Shown here: one piece after another, positions 1 through 9,025 of the stretch
Position numbering within the stretch: position 1 is the first letter of the stretch
Layout: every line of letters starts with the position of its first letter
Assembly (NCBI GenBank): GCA_016700375.1
Contig: CP065016.1
Location: forward strand, 930,001-962,000
Direction: 5' to 3'
DNA from: Candidatus Saccharimonadota bacterium
Lineage (GTDB): Bacteria; Patescibacteriota; Saccharimonadia; Saccharimonadales; UBA4665
Length of the DNA stretch: 32,000 nt
Notes under the pieces: model-generated
Databases searched by the model: none
Seen by the model: only the letters and a program-made list of their open reading frames with translations
What the model was told of the DNA's origin: nothing
Translations under genes and position numbers: made by a program

Positions 1-103
1 GGCCGCAGGCAGAACTATGAATTCTGAACTCTCTGGGGACTTGCTCACTGAGAAATTGAATGAAAACTGAAAACTGGAAACTCCTAACCCCTAACCACCA
101 TCC

Positions 104-130
104 CTAGCACTCTAGACTTTTGAGTGCCAG
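104..130. promoter_or_regulatory. CIRCE operator (HrcA-binding inverted repeat) upstream of hrcA
   Basis: CTAGCACTC-N9(TAGACTTTT)-GAGTGCCAG closely matches the CIRCE consensus TTAGCACTC-N9-GAGTGCTAA. A possible embedded promoter is TAGACT 113-118 / TAAACT 136-141. Confidence 0.85.
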
Positions 131-243
131 TTTGATAAACTTATACCATTAAAAATGAATAGGGAAAAGAGCAGCCCGAGCAAAAATCGCATTTTTTGCC
201 CGGCGCGTTGAGAAAAACCGTAGGTTTGTCTCAAGGAGATGTC

Positions 244-942
244 ATGAGTCCTAGGCAAAAGCAAATACTCACAGCCATTATCGAGCAGTACGCTGAAGTA
301 GCCGTGCCTGTTGGCAGTAGTCTCCTTGCAAAGGTGTTTGGAGTATCGAGCGCGACCATACGCGCAGAGATGGCCGAGCTTGAAGCCCTTGGCTTCATAC
401 GTCAGCCGCACACCAGTGCCGGGCGCATCCCGACCGACAAAGGCTACCGTTTTTACGTAAACAATCTCGCCGAAGCAGACGAAAAACAGCCGGAACGCGG
501 TGCCGAACGTGCCCTTGCGGCACGACTTGAAGGCGGCGGCCTGCCCGAACGTGCCATTCGTAACGCCGTGGATACGTTGGTGGAACTAACTCATAATCTT
601 GGTCTTGCTACCATTGGCAACCAGTTGTATATTTCCGGCCTCAGCAACCTGTTTGGCCAGCCCGAATTTCACGGCGGAGCCCAGGTGCAACAGGTAGCGC
701 GTTTACTTGATAATCTTGAACCGTGGCTGCGTGAAGCCGCGCCAAACCAGCCGCTGAGCGTCTACATTGGTGCCGAAAACCCCATTGGCCGCAGTGCCGA
801 TGCGAGCCTCATTATCAGCCGGTTCCGTAGCCCTTTTAGCGACCACAGCTACATAGGCACGCTTGGCCCCACTCGCCAAAGCTACCGCGATGTCATGTCG
901 CTCGTCGCACACGCCGGGAGAACCCTGGAGGAAGTGTTATGA
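244..942 (+). CDS. hrcA: Heat-inducible transcription repressor HrcA (short form, 232 aa)
   Basis: The N-terminal wHTH string MSPRQKQILTAIIEQY..VGSSLLA..SSATIRAEMAELEALGFI.QPHTSAGRIPTDKGYRFYV and the C-terminal GTLGPTRQSYRDVMSLV are typical of HrcA. AAGGAG at 232-237 precedes ATG 244, so I prefer this start over the TTG at 196 in the ORF track. The gene lies upstream of grpE-dnaK. Confidence 0.93.
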   Translation: MSPRQKQILTAIIEQYAEVAVPVGSSLLAKVFGVSSATIRAEMAELEALGFIRQPHTSAGRIPTDKGYRFYVNNLAEADEKQPERGAERALAARLEGGGLPERAIRNAVDTLVELTHNLGLATIGNQLYISGLSNLFGQPEFHGGAQVQQVARLLDNLEPWLREAAPNQPLSVYIGAENPIGRSADASLIISRFRSPFSDHSYIGTLGPTRQSYRDVMSLVAHAGRTLEEVL

Positions 943-1175
943 CTTCGGGTCCAGACCCACACTTATCAGACGGGTTTCGCAAAGCCGGTAAACTGGCTGC
1001 AGCGGGTGATACGGCTGGGGCGCAAGAGGCTGCTGTACAGGCTGGTGAATTGCTCGCAGCTGAAACGCCACAAGATTTTGGTATAGGCGAAGCGTTGGAT
1101 GTATTGCTTGCCGCTGCTCTTGCCGCAGCTAATCCTTCAGCAGATCAGGATAATGCGCCAGATGAAATACAATAA
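939..1175 (+). CDS. Hypothetical small acidic Ala-rich protein (78 aa)
   Basis: The ATG overlaps the hrcA stop codon (ATGA at 939-942), which suggests translational coupling. I recognise no family. Confidence 0.5.
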   Translation: MTSGPDPHLSDGFRKAGKLAAAGDTAGAQEAAVQAGELLAAETPQDFGIGEALDVLLAAALAAANPSADQDNAPDEIQ

Positions 1176-1258
1176 AAACAATCAATTCAAAATGATTTAC
1201 ACTAATCAGACTACGGCTTTCATTCCACGTACGAAAAAGCTTTGGGTGGGGCGTTGTA

Positions 1259-1507
1259 ATGGCGCTTGATGAATGCAAAGACAAACCGCCGTTAGACGAA
1301 TGGGCAAATGATAGTGTTGCAGCGTTTCAAGAAATGGTCTCAGGAGGACATCTAATCGGTGCACAGCAATTAAGGGCGGTCACTATGGCTGAAGCAGAGC
1401 GGTATGTCAAGGACGGGCACACACCCAAAGAGGTGGAAGAAGCGCTAGTGACGGCATCCGCAACTTTGGGTATAAGTGCCGTAGAAAGATTTTTAGGGAG
1501 TAACTAA
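1259..1507 (+). CDS. Hypothetical small acidic protein (82 aa)
   Basis: A G-rich SD-like GGGTGGGG lies upstream. The stop TAA (1505-1507) directly abuts the grpE ATG at 1508. No family recognised. Confidence 0.55.
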   Translation: MALDECKDKPPLDEWANDSVAAFQEMVSGGHLIGAQQLRAVTMAEAERYVKDGHTPKEVEEALVTASATLGISAVERFLGSN

Positions 1508-1987
1508 ATGATGAAAAAGAAGCAAGATGACCTAGATTATGCACAAGTAGCTGAGCAGCTGGCTACCGAAAATGCCCAGCTGACAGAGGCGCTGCAGCGT
1601 GAGCGAGCAGATGCCACCAACATTCGCCGTCGGCACGACGAGCAAATCGCTTCACTTCGTTCAACAGTGAAGGCAAGTGTGGTGAAAGACCTGCTGCCTA
1701 TTATCGACAACTTTGAGCGCGCGCTAAAACATGTTCCGAAAGAGCTTGAAGGGAACGAATACGTTAAAGGTATAGAGGGTATCGTCAGGCAGTTTGAAAA
1801 AACCTTAGCAGACATCGGTGTCGAGCGCATCAAGACCGTCGGCGAACCATTTGATCCGCATCTGCACGAGGCGGTTAGTATGGAGGCAGGTGATGGCAAG
1901 CAAGAAGTGGTGAGCGAAGAACTCCAAAGCGGCTACCGCCTAGGCGATGACGTCATCCGCCACGCCATGGTCCGCGTGAAAGGCTAA
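1508..1987 (+). CDS. grpE: Nucleotide exchange factor GrpE
   Basis: Coiled-coil N-terminus followed by DLLPIIDNFERAL....G.E.I..F...L...GVE.I...GE.FDP.LHEAV, ending in R.GY.L.D.VIRHAMV.V. This is the canonical GrpE pattern. Confidence 0.96.
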   Translation: MMKKKQDDLDYAQVAEQLATENAQLTEALQRERADATNIRRRHDEQIASLRSTVKASVVKDLLPIIDNFERALKHVPKELEGNEYVKGIEGIVRQFEKTLADIGVERIKTVGEPFDPHLHEAVSMEAGDGKQEVVSEELQSGYRLGDDVIRHAMVRVKG

Positions 1988-1988
1988 C

Positions 1989-2237
1989 GTGGCCAAGTCA
2001 TTTCCTACTTGGCAAGAATGCGCCCCTGACCTGACACTTCACGATGCGGTCAGGGCATTCGTTTTATTATATGCTCTCACAAATGAGTATTTTACTCCCG
2101 ATGGCTTACGAAAAGCCTCGGAAGATGAAGATGAATTGCGCAGCCTACGAGACGTTGTAAGCTCTTGTGTGGGCGAAGATCTAACAGAAGTAGACATTGT
2201 TTTAGCATTGCACAGTTTTGTAACTGATATGAAATAG
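1989..2237 (+). CDS. Hypothetical small acidic protein (82 aa)
   Basis: The GTG start lies 1 nt after the grpE stop. The ORF ends just before the dnaK CIRCE/promoter. No family recognised. Confidence 0.45.
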   Translation: MAKSFPTWQECAPDLTLHDAVRAFVLLYALTNEYFTPDGLRKASEDEDELRSLRDVVSSCVGEDLTEVDIVLALHSFVTDMK

Positions 2238-2241
2238 AAAA

Positions 2242-2268
2242 TTGGCACTCTTGACAGGTGAGTGCTAA
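2242..2268. promoter_or_regulatory. CIRCE operator 1 of dnaK, with an embedded promoter
   Basis: TTGGCACTC-N9(TTGACAGGT)-GAGTGCTAA. The spacer carries a consensus -35 TTGACA (2251-2256), and a -10 region TATACAAT lies at 2273-2280. Confidence 0.9.
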
Positions 2269-2288
2269 TTTGTATACAATGGAGCTAC

Positions 2289-2315
2289 TTTAGCACTCTA
2301 TAGGTATAACTGCTA
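2289..2315. promoter_or_regulatory. Second, degenerate CIRCE-like repeat in the dnaK 5' UTR
   Basis: TTAGCACTC-N9(TATAGGTAT)-AACTGCTAA. The left arm is a perfect consensus and the right arm has 2 mismatches. It lies between the putative -10 and the SD (AAGAAAGGG) of dnaK. Confidence 0.55.
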
Positions 2316-2333
2316 ACAAGAAAGGGTAGAATT

Positions 2334-4262
2334 ATGAGCAAAATTATCGGTATCGACCTTGGTACAACCAACAGCGCCATGGCCGTCATGCAGTCTGGTA
2401 AACCAGAGATTATTACGAATAGCGAGGGCAATCGCACTACGCCGTCAGTGGTAGCTGTCAATAAAAAGGGTGAACGGCTCGTTGGCCAGGTAGCACGCCG
2501 CCAGCAGGTCACCAACCCCAAAGACACCATTTATGAAGTAAAGCGCCTCATTGGCCGGAATTTCAACGACAAAGAAGTTCAGCGCGACCTCAAGCTCATG
2601 GGCTACGAAATCGTTAAAAGCGGCAATAGCACCAAGGTAAAGATGGCGGGTAAAGAGTACAGCCCAGAGGAAGTGAGCGCTATGATTCTTGGCAAGCTCA
2701 AGGCCGACGCCGAGGCGTTCTTGGGTGAGCCAGTGACCGAAGCGGTCATTACTGTGCCAGCCTACTTCGACGACAGCCAGCGCCACGCTACCAAAGACGC
2801 CGGTAAAATTGCCGGACTTGAAGTCAAACGCATCATAAACGAGCCAACGGCCGCTGCACTTGCCTATGGGCTTGATAAAAAGAAGGCCGACGAGAAGATT
2901 GTTGTGTACGACCTTGGTGGTGGTACGTTCGACGTATCCGTCCTCGAACTCGGTGACGGCGTATTTGAAGTAAAAAGTACCAACGGCGACACCCACCTTG
3001 GTGGTGCCGACTTTGACCGCGTTATCATTAACTACTTTGCCGACGAGTTCAAAAAAGAGCACGGTATAGACATTCGTGAGGACAATGCCGCCATGCAGCG
3101 CCTTCGCGACGAAGCCGAAAAAGCCAAGATAGAACTTTCTACTGCGCAGGAAGTGGACGTGAACCTGCCGTTCCTCACCGCCGACGCCGATGGCCCCAAG
3201 CACTTCGAGCACAAACTGTCCCGCGCCAAGCTGGAAGAGCTCGTGAGCGAGCTTATAGATAAAACGGCTGTTCCGTGCGAAAAGGCCCTCAAAGATGCCG
3301 GGCTGAAAGCCAGCGACATAGACAACGTTGTGCTGGTGGGCGGTATGACCCGCATGCCAGCCGTTGCTGAAAAGGTGAAGAACATCTTCGGCAAAGACCC
3401 TATGAAGGGTGTGAACCCAGACGAAGTTGTCGCCATCGGCGCGGCCATACAGGGCGGCGTGCTCCAGGGTGATGTAAAGGACGTTTTGTTGCTTGATGTG
3501 ACCCCACTGAGCCTCGGTATCGAAACCATGGGCGGCGTAATGACCCGACTTATCGACCGCAATACCACCATTCCGACTAGCAAGAGCGAAGTGTTCAGTA
3601 CGGCGGCAGATAACCAGCCGCAGGTAGAAGTGCATGTCCTGCAGGGTGAACGCGAAATGGCCGAGGGCAATAAATCGCTCGGGCGCTTCATACTCGACGG
3701 CATCGCCCCCGCGCCACGCGGTATACCGCAAATAGAAGTGACCTTTAACATCGACGCAAACGGTATTTTGAATGTCACCGCCAAAGACAAGGGCACTGGC
3801 AAAGAACAGAACATCACCATTCAGGGCAGCGGTAGCCTCGACAAAGAAGAGATAGAAAAAATGGCCAAAGAAGCCGAAGCCCACGCCGAGGAAGACAAAG
3901 CCAAAAAAGAAGCCGTAGAAGCCCGCAACCACCTCGACAGCGCCGTGTACCAGGCCGAGAAACTGAAGGGCGAAGAAAAGGTTAGTGACGACGATAAAAA
4001 GACTATTGATGAAGCGGTCGAAAAGGCCAAGAAAGTCGTCGCAGACGAAAAGGCCGACAAAGACGCCCTAGAAGCTGCCACCAAAGAGCTGAACGACGTC
4101 CTCATGCCCATCGGCGCCAAGATGTACGAGCAGGCCGCCAAAGAAGCGGAAGCAGCCGCTCCAAGTGAAGACGCATCTGAAGAATCGTCATCCGAGACGA
4201 AAAAAGACAAGAAAAAGAAAGACGATGGCCCCATAGAAGGCGAAGTCGTCGACGAAAAGTAA
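2334..4262 (+). CDS. dnaK: Molecular chaperone DnaK (Hsp70), 642 aa
   Basis: [30 protein letters not shown], and a C-terminal lid with an EEVD-like acidic tail. This is unmistakably Hsp70. Confidence 0.99.
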   Translation: MSKIIGIDLGTTNSAMAVMQSGKPEIITNSEGNRTTPSVVAVNKKGERLVGQVARRQQVTNPKDTIYEVKRLIGRNFNDKEVQRDLKLMGYEIVKSGNSTKVKMAGKEYSPEEVSAMILGKLKADAEAFLGEPVTEAVITVPAYFDDSQRHATKDAGKIAGLEVKRIINEPTAAALAYGLDKKKADEKIVVYDLGGGTFDVSVLELGDGVFEVKSTNGDTHLGGADFDRVIINYFADEFKKEHGIDIREDNAAMQRLRDEAEKAKIELSTAQEVDVNLPFLTADADGPKHFEHKLSRAKLEELVSELIDKTAVPCEKALKDAGLKASDIDNVVLVGGMTRMPAVAEKVKNIFGKDPMKGVNPDEVVAIGAAIQGGVLQGDVKDVLLLDVTPLSLGIETMGGVMTRLIDRNTTIPTSKSEVFSTAADNQPQVEVHVLQGEREMAEGNKSLGRFILDGIAPAPRGIPQIEVTFNIDANGILNVTAKDKGTGKEQNITIQGSGSLDKEEIEKMAKEAEAHAEEDKAKKEAVEARNHLDSAVYQAEKLKGEEKVSDDDKKTIDEAVEKAKKVVADEKADKDALEAATKELNDVLMPIGAKMYEQAAKEAEAAAPSEDASEESSSETKKDKKKKDDGPIEGEVVDEK

Positions 4263-4270
4263 TCCACGAG

Positions 4271-4294
4271 GGCGCAGAAATGCGCCTTCTTTAT
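4271..4294 (+). terminator. Rho-independent terminator after dnaK
   Basis: GGCGCA-GAAA-TGCGCC hairpin followed by TTCTTTAT. Confidence 0.75.
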
Positions 4295-4315
4295 GTATGA
4301 ACTAGGAAATGCGCA

Positions 4316-5467
4316 ATGTTTGAGGAAATCCAAAATTGGCCTACACCAATAAATGAGGAAAACTGGGCGACGCTAGAGGTGGGTCTGCTTCTTGAGCACG
4401 CAAAGAACAATAATAACCAGCGACTTCGAGGATTTGCTGAGATGTGGCAGGACATAAAGATTGGTCTTCAGACGGTGACAGATCAATCAACATCGCCATC
4501 ACTTTACTACCCGAAGAGTGAGCTAATAAATAGATGGATTATATTCAATAATTCGCTACGAGAGACCGTAATATCTCAGCCAAATGTGATCGAACAAGGC
4601 AGCTTTATACATCTCGGAAGCACTATTGGGTTATGGAGTGTGGGGTTAGATAGTGATGGCAATCCTAATCTTTCTGCAGACGGACAAATCATTGTTGATG
4701 CAAATATGTCAAAGGACTTTGGCCTGATATTTGACTTGGGTAAAACCGTAAAGAACTCCATTCCGTTTAAAGGAGGGGCAAAATCCCCATTTACTAAAGC
4801 GGCATTACAGAAGATCGAGGCAGCCTTTGACTCATTAGAAAAAAAGACCTCAGAAAAAATTGATCTCAAATATACTGAATTTGAAGCTAAGACGAACGAC
4901 GCTACAAAAAAACGTATTGCCGACATCAAAACCGTACAGGCTGCACGGTCATGGGCAACCCACTATGATGCACGCATAAAAGTTTTTGAACAAAGAGTTG
5001 CTGGTTTTGATAAGTTACGAACAAGATGGTATGGAGTACTCCTATTTGTCCTAATTATCTATGGGATTGGGGTGGTTTCTGTGCTGCTTGGCTGGCTCAA
5101 GCTGAGCGACATTGGAAGTTTACAGGGAATTGGTAAATATTTTCTTGGCCTTACTTTTTATGGAGCATTGCTCGGTGTGTATATTGGCTATAGCTTTGTA
5201 GTCAGACAACTAAAAGTAAGCCAGAACTTACTTGAGCAATACCATCATCGGGCTGTGGTCGCAAAGACAGTTGAGGGAGTCGTGGTAGCTGTAGCTAAAA
5301 CCAGGGACGGAACAGCTGCACCTGATGAACAAAGCGCTCTTAGAGATGAGGACTTGAAAACAATTGTTCAAACTGCCGCAGTTTCAATGTTTGAGTATCG
5401 CCCAATCGGTCATCTAGGCGGGAAAGAATCACCCAGCATACTTTCAGAACTCATAAGTAACAAATGA
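4316..5467 (+). CDS. Hypothetical protein: soluble N-terminal domain of about 230 aa, two TM helices and a C-terminal helical tail (383 aa)
   Basis: AGGAAA lies 6 nt upstream of the ATG. Hydrophobic segments are WYGVLLFVLIIYGIGVVSVLLGWL and FLGLTFYGALLGVYIGYSFVV. The gene is visibly more AT-rich than dnaK and dnaJ. No family recognised. Confidence 0.7.
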   Translation: MFEEIQNWPTPINEENWATLEVGLLLEHAKNNNNQRLRGFAEMWQDIKIGLQTVTDQSTSPSLYYPKSELINRWIIFNNSLRETVISQPNVIEQGSFIHLGSTIGLWSVGLDSDGNPNLSADGQIIVDANMSKDFGLIFDLGKTVKNSIPFKGGAKSPFTKAALQKIEAAFDSLEKKTSEKIDLKYTEFEAKTNDATKKRIADIKTVQAARSWATHYDARIKVFEQRVAGFDKLRTRWYGVLLFVLIIYGIGVVSVLLGWLKLSDIGSLQGIGKYFLGLTFYGALLGVYIGYSFVVRQLKVSQNLLEQYHHRAVVAKTVEGVVVAVAKTRDGTAAPDEQSALRDEDLKTIVQTAAVSMFEYRPIGHLGGKESPSILSELISNK

Positions 5468-5649
5468 TTGTCTAGGCAGTTCATTCTTAAAAAACTATTT
5501 TCACTCACGCTAAAAAATAGCATAGGTTAGTTTGTGGTGTTAAAAACTCAGCGCGAACATGCCTGCGAAAAAGCACCAGATGGTGCTAAGAGGACTGACC
5601 TCTGAAAGCACTGTTTTCACCCGGGATATTGGGATAACAGCAGTGAGCT

Positions 5650-5925
5650 TCACTTCGTTTTGGTTTTCCAGCGTTTGAGCCGGGGGAGTTGCTTTTGTGC
5701 CAGCCAGCGCATAAGGCGGCTGCTGCCGTTTTCAACGAGCGCCTTGTCGACGATAGTTTTCATTTCCTCGAGCGTGCGGTCTGGTCCTATGAACGCACCG
5801 TTTTGGTAGCACATGCTACACCACTGCTCGCTTTTGGCGCCATTGGCTTCGCTGCCGCGGCAGTCACCAGCCTTCTTTGTTTGCAAAGGCATCCCGCAGC
5901 TTTGACATTGTTTACTCATGGTCAC
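5650..5925 (-). CDS. Putative zinc-ribbon domain protein (91 aa)
   Basis: CQSCGMPL...(N23)...CSMCY forms a CxxC...CxxC ribbon followed by GAFIGPDRTLEEM. This resembles the Zn_ribbon_2-type putative zinc ribbon domain, a call made from memory. AAGGAG SD on the minus strand. Confidence 0.75.
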   Translation of the reverse strand: MTMSKQCQSCGMPLQTKKAGDCRGSEANGAKSEQWCSMCYQNGAFIGPDRTLEEMKTIVDKALVENGSSRLMRWLAQKQLPRLKRWKTKTK

Positions 5926-6089
5926 TCCTTACATTTCCAGTATACACTGCTAAAAATCCTACCACTCGGTACTTCGTAAAACCGCAGCATAGACGAGCAT
6001 GGGTTTTACAGACGGTCTTATGAGGCAACCGAGGACATATACACCCCAAATTGCATATGCTAGAGTATGAGTAATAACAAGGAGGGTGC

Positions 6090-9008
6090 ATGTTTTGGTT
6101 TTTTATCCTCGCAATTATTGTCATTATTGTCCTCTCTAGCAGGGGTAAGACAGCGCCACCACCGGCGAATTCCGTAAACCAGCAGTGGATGGATTACATA
6201 GCGGCATATAGGCATGGTGTAAAAACTAAGGCCGAAAGAGCGCTGCTTGCCCGCATGCTTTCTGACCTAGAGGCGCAAGGCATGCCGAGTCCATCACCTT
6301 CGCTACTAGAGGCGACAGCGGTCATAGATACAGAAGAATTCGAGCGACATAGAGATAAGACGGAAAACTCTGCGGCTACAGTGCAGGCTGCTGCGGTTGC
6401 TGAACCGGCTGCTATCGCCGAAGCCGTACCTGACTGGCAGTCTTCGGGTAATGTACCAGACCGTACTCAACAACCCTCAAGTTTGGATAATACGACACTC
6501 TTGCTCTACTTTGGCGCGTTCCTTTTTCTGGCTTCGGCCGGGCTTTTTGTGGCGCTCTCTGGTGCGTATGGTAGCATCCGGGTTGCAACAGTGCTAGTCG
6601 TGATGTCTGCACTCTACTTCGGCGGACTATGGCTGCACGACAATAAACCGAAGCTGCAAGCTGCGGGTAATACGTTTATAGGTATGGGTCTCATGCTCGC
6701 GCCGCTCGCGGGTCTTGCGACCTACTCATATGTTATGCACGACCAGCCCGAGCTGGTCTGGTTGCTAACGTCACTGCTGTGTTTGGGGCTGTATGGACAC
6801 GCGTTGCGTAAGCTCAAGACGCCGCTTATGGAATATATCTTTATCGGTACATTTGTTTCGTTGTTTGAGTCAGCCGTTTCGGTGTTACAGTTGCCATTGT
6901 ATTTCTACGGCTGGGGATTTGCAGCCGTTGGGCTTTGCATGCAAGCATGGTCGCTGTACCGTAAAAAAGTTGATGATTACGACGAGCCAACCACATTAAG
7001 CGGCAGCTTGCTTTTACCGATTTCTATATTGACGGCGCTGTACGTTTGGCCGCGCTACGGCGTGGTGCAGCTTGGCGTTTCGCTACTGCTCGCTGCTTTC
7101 TACTACGGCTTGCAGGCTTGGAAGGCCCGGCGGGATGATGTGAGAATTAATAACGCAGTAGTTTCACACGTATCGTTGCTATTAAGCCTTGCCTGTTTTG
7201 CGTACGGCGCTCAGCACAAACTGACAGACGTGACGGTACTGCTGCTGGTATTGGGCGCGCTGCAGCTAGGGGTTCTACTCACACGAGCCAGATCCTCGCT
7301 TATGCAAGTTTTTGCTAACATCACCTTTTTATCACTCGTTGTCGCCGCATTCTTGGGGTGGGAACGGCCATGGTACACGGCAGTTGCAACGCTGGCTGCT
7401 GTCATATTTGGCCTAACGCTGTGGGTCAGACAGTATCGCCCAGACATGTACGGTGCCGCAATAGGAGTTGCGGTAACGCTTCCGTTTAGTATTGGTTTAC
7501 GTGCCGTCGAGAACAAGTGGCATGCTTGGGGATTGGCGGTTGCGACGGGTGCAGTCGCCTTCCTTCAGCTCGTTATTTTTGTAGCAACACGACGTAAAGC
7601 GCTCGACACCCAAGAGTGGCGCACAAATTGGCGGGCGGCGCTTGTTCTCACGCTTACACTTGCGAGCTTCATAGCAATCTTTGCAGGCTCTATGTCGGTG
7701 CTTGTAGCCGGACTGCTTTCTGCGGTGGTGGCATATGCCATATATCGCTACGATGATGTGGCGGAGTGGCTTCAGACAAGTAGTCTTTTTGTGGCGTTAC
7801 CGGCGGTGTTTGCGGTATCGAAGCCAAGCGTATGGCTGGCGGGCTTGGCTGTAGGATGCACGTGGAATCTTGTACTCGTTTTTGCGAATCGGCTTGAGAC
7901 TGCTCGATGGGTCGGGAGTTTCCTATGGCTACTGCTCCCGATAGGTTTTGCGCGCGTTTTCCCAGTACTCCAAACATCGGAATGGTATGCGGGTAGTTTT
8001 TTGCTCTGTTTGGTAGGCATGGTCGTAGCGCGCGCGGTTGCAATGAAGCGTATCGCAAAGCTACCGATTGCCTTGTCGGAGCTTGAACGAAAGCTCCATA
8101 GCGACAGCCAGTCGTATGTCTTCGGATATATTGCAGCCAGTGTAATATCGTTTGGTGCCGCATGGGCTGGATCGCGGTTTGCGCCAGCGGTTGTGGGCTT
8201 ACTACAGGCCACCATATGGATGTACATTGCGCGAAACGTAGAACGCCGGCCAGATATCATGACCATACTGCCGCTACTGCTGCAGGCCGCCTTATGGGGC
8301 ACATTTAATCAAGACGGAGTTGGCTGGTATGTTTTCCTAAGTACGATGATTGCGCTCATGGGTTATCTTGTCGGCTGGTTCCAGCCTGCCGACAAACAAT
8401 CAACTGCGTATGCTCGTCAGTTCCAGCTTGCCTCGCTAGTGATGCTTTACATAGCACCAGCGGCCACATTTGCTCTTGGTACGCACTGGACAATGCCGTT
8501 CGGACTGGCGATAGCTGGCTGTGCAACACTGCATGCGACCTGGAACCGCGAACAAAGCGACCGAGAATGGGCGGGAGGCATCATAGCCCTCTCGCTTATG
8601 TGGCTTCTGTGGTACAACGGCGTAGAAAATATACAGGTGTACACACATATCCTGGCCGTACTTTTCGGTCTTTATGCCTACTGGCGAGCAACTCGAGGTG
8701 ATGCGGCAACAAGCCAGAGCTACTTGGTGGCTATGCTCTGCGCGGCGACAATTCCACTTGGCCTGCAGGTAATAGGCGGCAATGCTGGTGGCTTGTACGG
8801 CTGGTGGTTCCTGGGCGAGCAAATTGCCATTATGCTACTTGGTATGGCTATACATAATCGTTTTGTGACACGCTGGGGCATGTACGTGGCGGTTGGCGCA
8901 GTTCTGTACCAGTTACGGTCATTGGCATGGCTCTCGCTCACGCTTCTCGCCGTTTTCCTCATAGGCCTTGCCGTATACCAACTGCAAAAATCCGACTCAA
9001 AAAAATAA
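6090..9008 (+). CDS. Very large polytopic integral membrane protein (972 aa, more than 20 predicted TM segments)
   Basis: AAGGAGG SD. An N-terminal TM and a soluble linker of about 130 aa are followed by near-continuous hydrophobic helices. It is reminiscent of DUF2339-type membrane proteins, but that is unverified. Confidence 0.8.
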   Translation: MFWFFILAIIVIIVLSSRGKTAPPPANSVNQQWMDYIAAYRHGVKTKAERALLARMLSDLEAQGMPSPSPSLLEATAVIDTEEFERHRDKTENSAATVQAAAVAEPAAIAEAVPDWQSSGNVPDRTQQPSSLDNTTLLLYFGAFLFLASAGLFVALSGAYGSIRVATVLVVMSALYFGGLWLHDNKPKLQAAGNTFIGMGLMLAPLAGLATYSYVMHDQPELVWLLTSLLCLGLYGHALRKLKTPLMEYIFIGTFVSLFESAVSVLQLPLYFYGWGFAAVGLCMQAWSLYRKKVDDYDEPTTLSGSLLLPISILTALYVWPRYGVVQLGVSLLLAAFYYGLQAWKARRDDVRINNAVVSHVSLLLSLACFAYGAQHKLTDVTVLLLVLGALQLGVLLTRARSSLMQVFANITFLSLVVAAFLGWERPWYTAVATLAAVIFGLTLWVRQYRPDMYGAAIGVAVTLPFSIGLRAVENKWHAWGLAVATGAVAFLQLVIFVATRRKALDTQEWRTNWRAALVLTLTLASFIAIFAGSMSVLVAGLLSAVVAYAIYRYDDVAEWLQTSSLFVALPAVFAVSKPSVWLAGLAVGCTWNLVLVFANRLETARWVGSFLWLLLPIGFARVFPVLQTSEWYAGSFLLCLVGMVVARAVAMKRIAKLPIALSELERKLHSDSQSYVFGYIAASVISFGAAWAGSRFAPAVVGLLQATIWMYIARNVERRPDIMTILPLLLQAALWGTFNQDGVGWYVFLSTMIALMGYLVGWFQPADKQSTAYARQFQLASLVMLYIAPAATFALGTHWTMPFGLAIAGCATLHATWNREQSDREWAGGIIALSLMWLLWYNGVENIQVYTHILAVLFGLYAYWRATRGDAATSQSYLVAMLCAATIPLGLQVIGGNAGGLYGWWFLGEQIAIMLLGMAIHNRFVTRWGMYVAVGAVLYQLRSLAWLSLTLLAVFLIGLAVYQLQKSDSKK

Positions 9009-9025
9009 CGGGGAGGGGACAAATA

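Noticed and set aside
62-96. Five tandem heptamers: GAAAACT x2, GGAAACT, and CCTAACC x2. The last two resemble telomere-like CCCTAA.
   Set aside because: The tract is only 35 nt, lies at the window edge and has unknown upstream context. It is too short to call a repeat family or a regulatory array.
196-243. The upstream TTG start for hrcA given in the ORF track. Similar 5' extensions occur at 22078 (Nudix-like), 25613 (IMPase), 26582, 28176 (ruvA), 28262 (RAYT) and 21741 (VSD ORF).
   Set aside because: In each case the extension overlaps the previous gene or runs through REP or operator sequence. A downstream start has an SD, an extended -10 box or homology-consistent N-terminal residues.
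112-411. A 99-aa minus-strand ORF overlapping the hrcA start and its CIRCE.
   Set aside because: It overlaps a well-supported gene and operator on the other strand. It has no SD and no recognisable domain.
2445-4333. Long antisense ORFs opposite dnaK (495, 262 and 170 aa).
   Set aside because: They lie entirely within the unmistakable dnaK reading frame. Their translations are low-complexity and lack any recognisable motif, as expected for shadow ORFs.
6397-9022. Many 60-180-aa ORFs on both strands inside the gene for the 972-aa membrane protein.
   Set aside because: They are nested in a long, continuous ORF with an SD and a coherent TM-helix pattern. They have Arg/Pro/Ser-rich shadow-frame composition.
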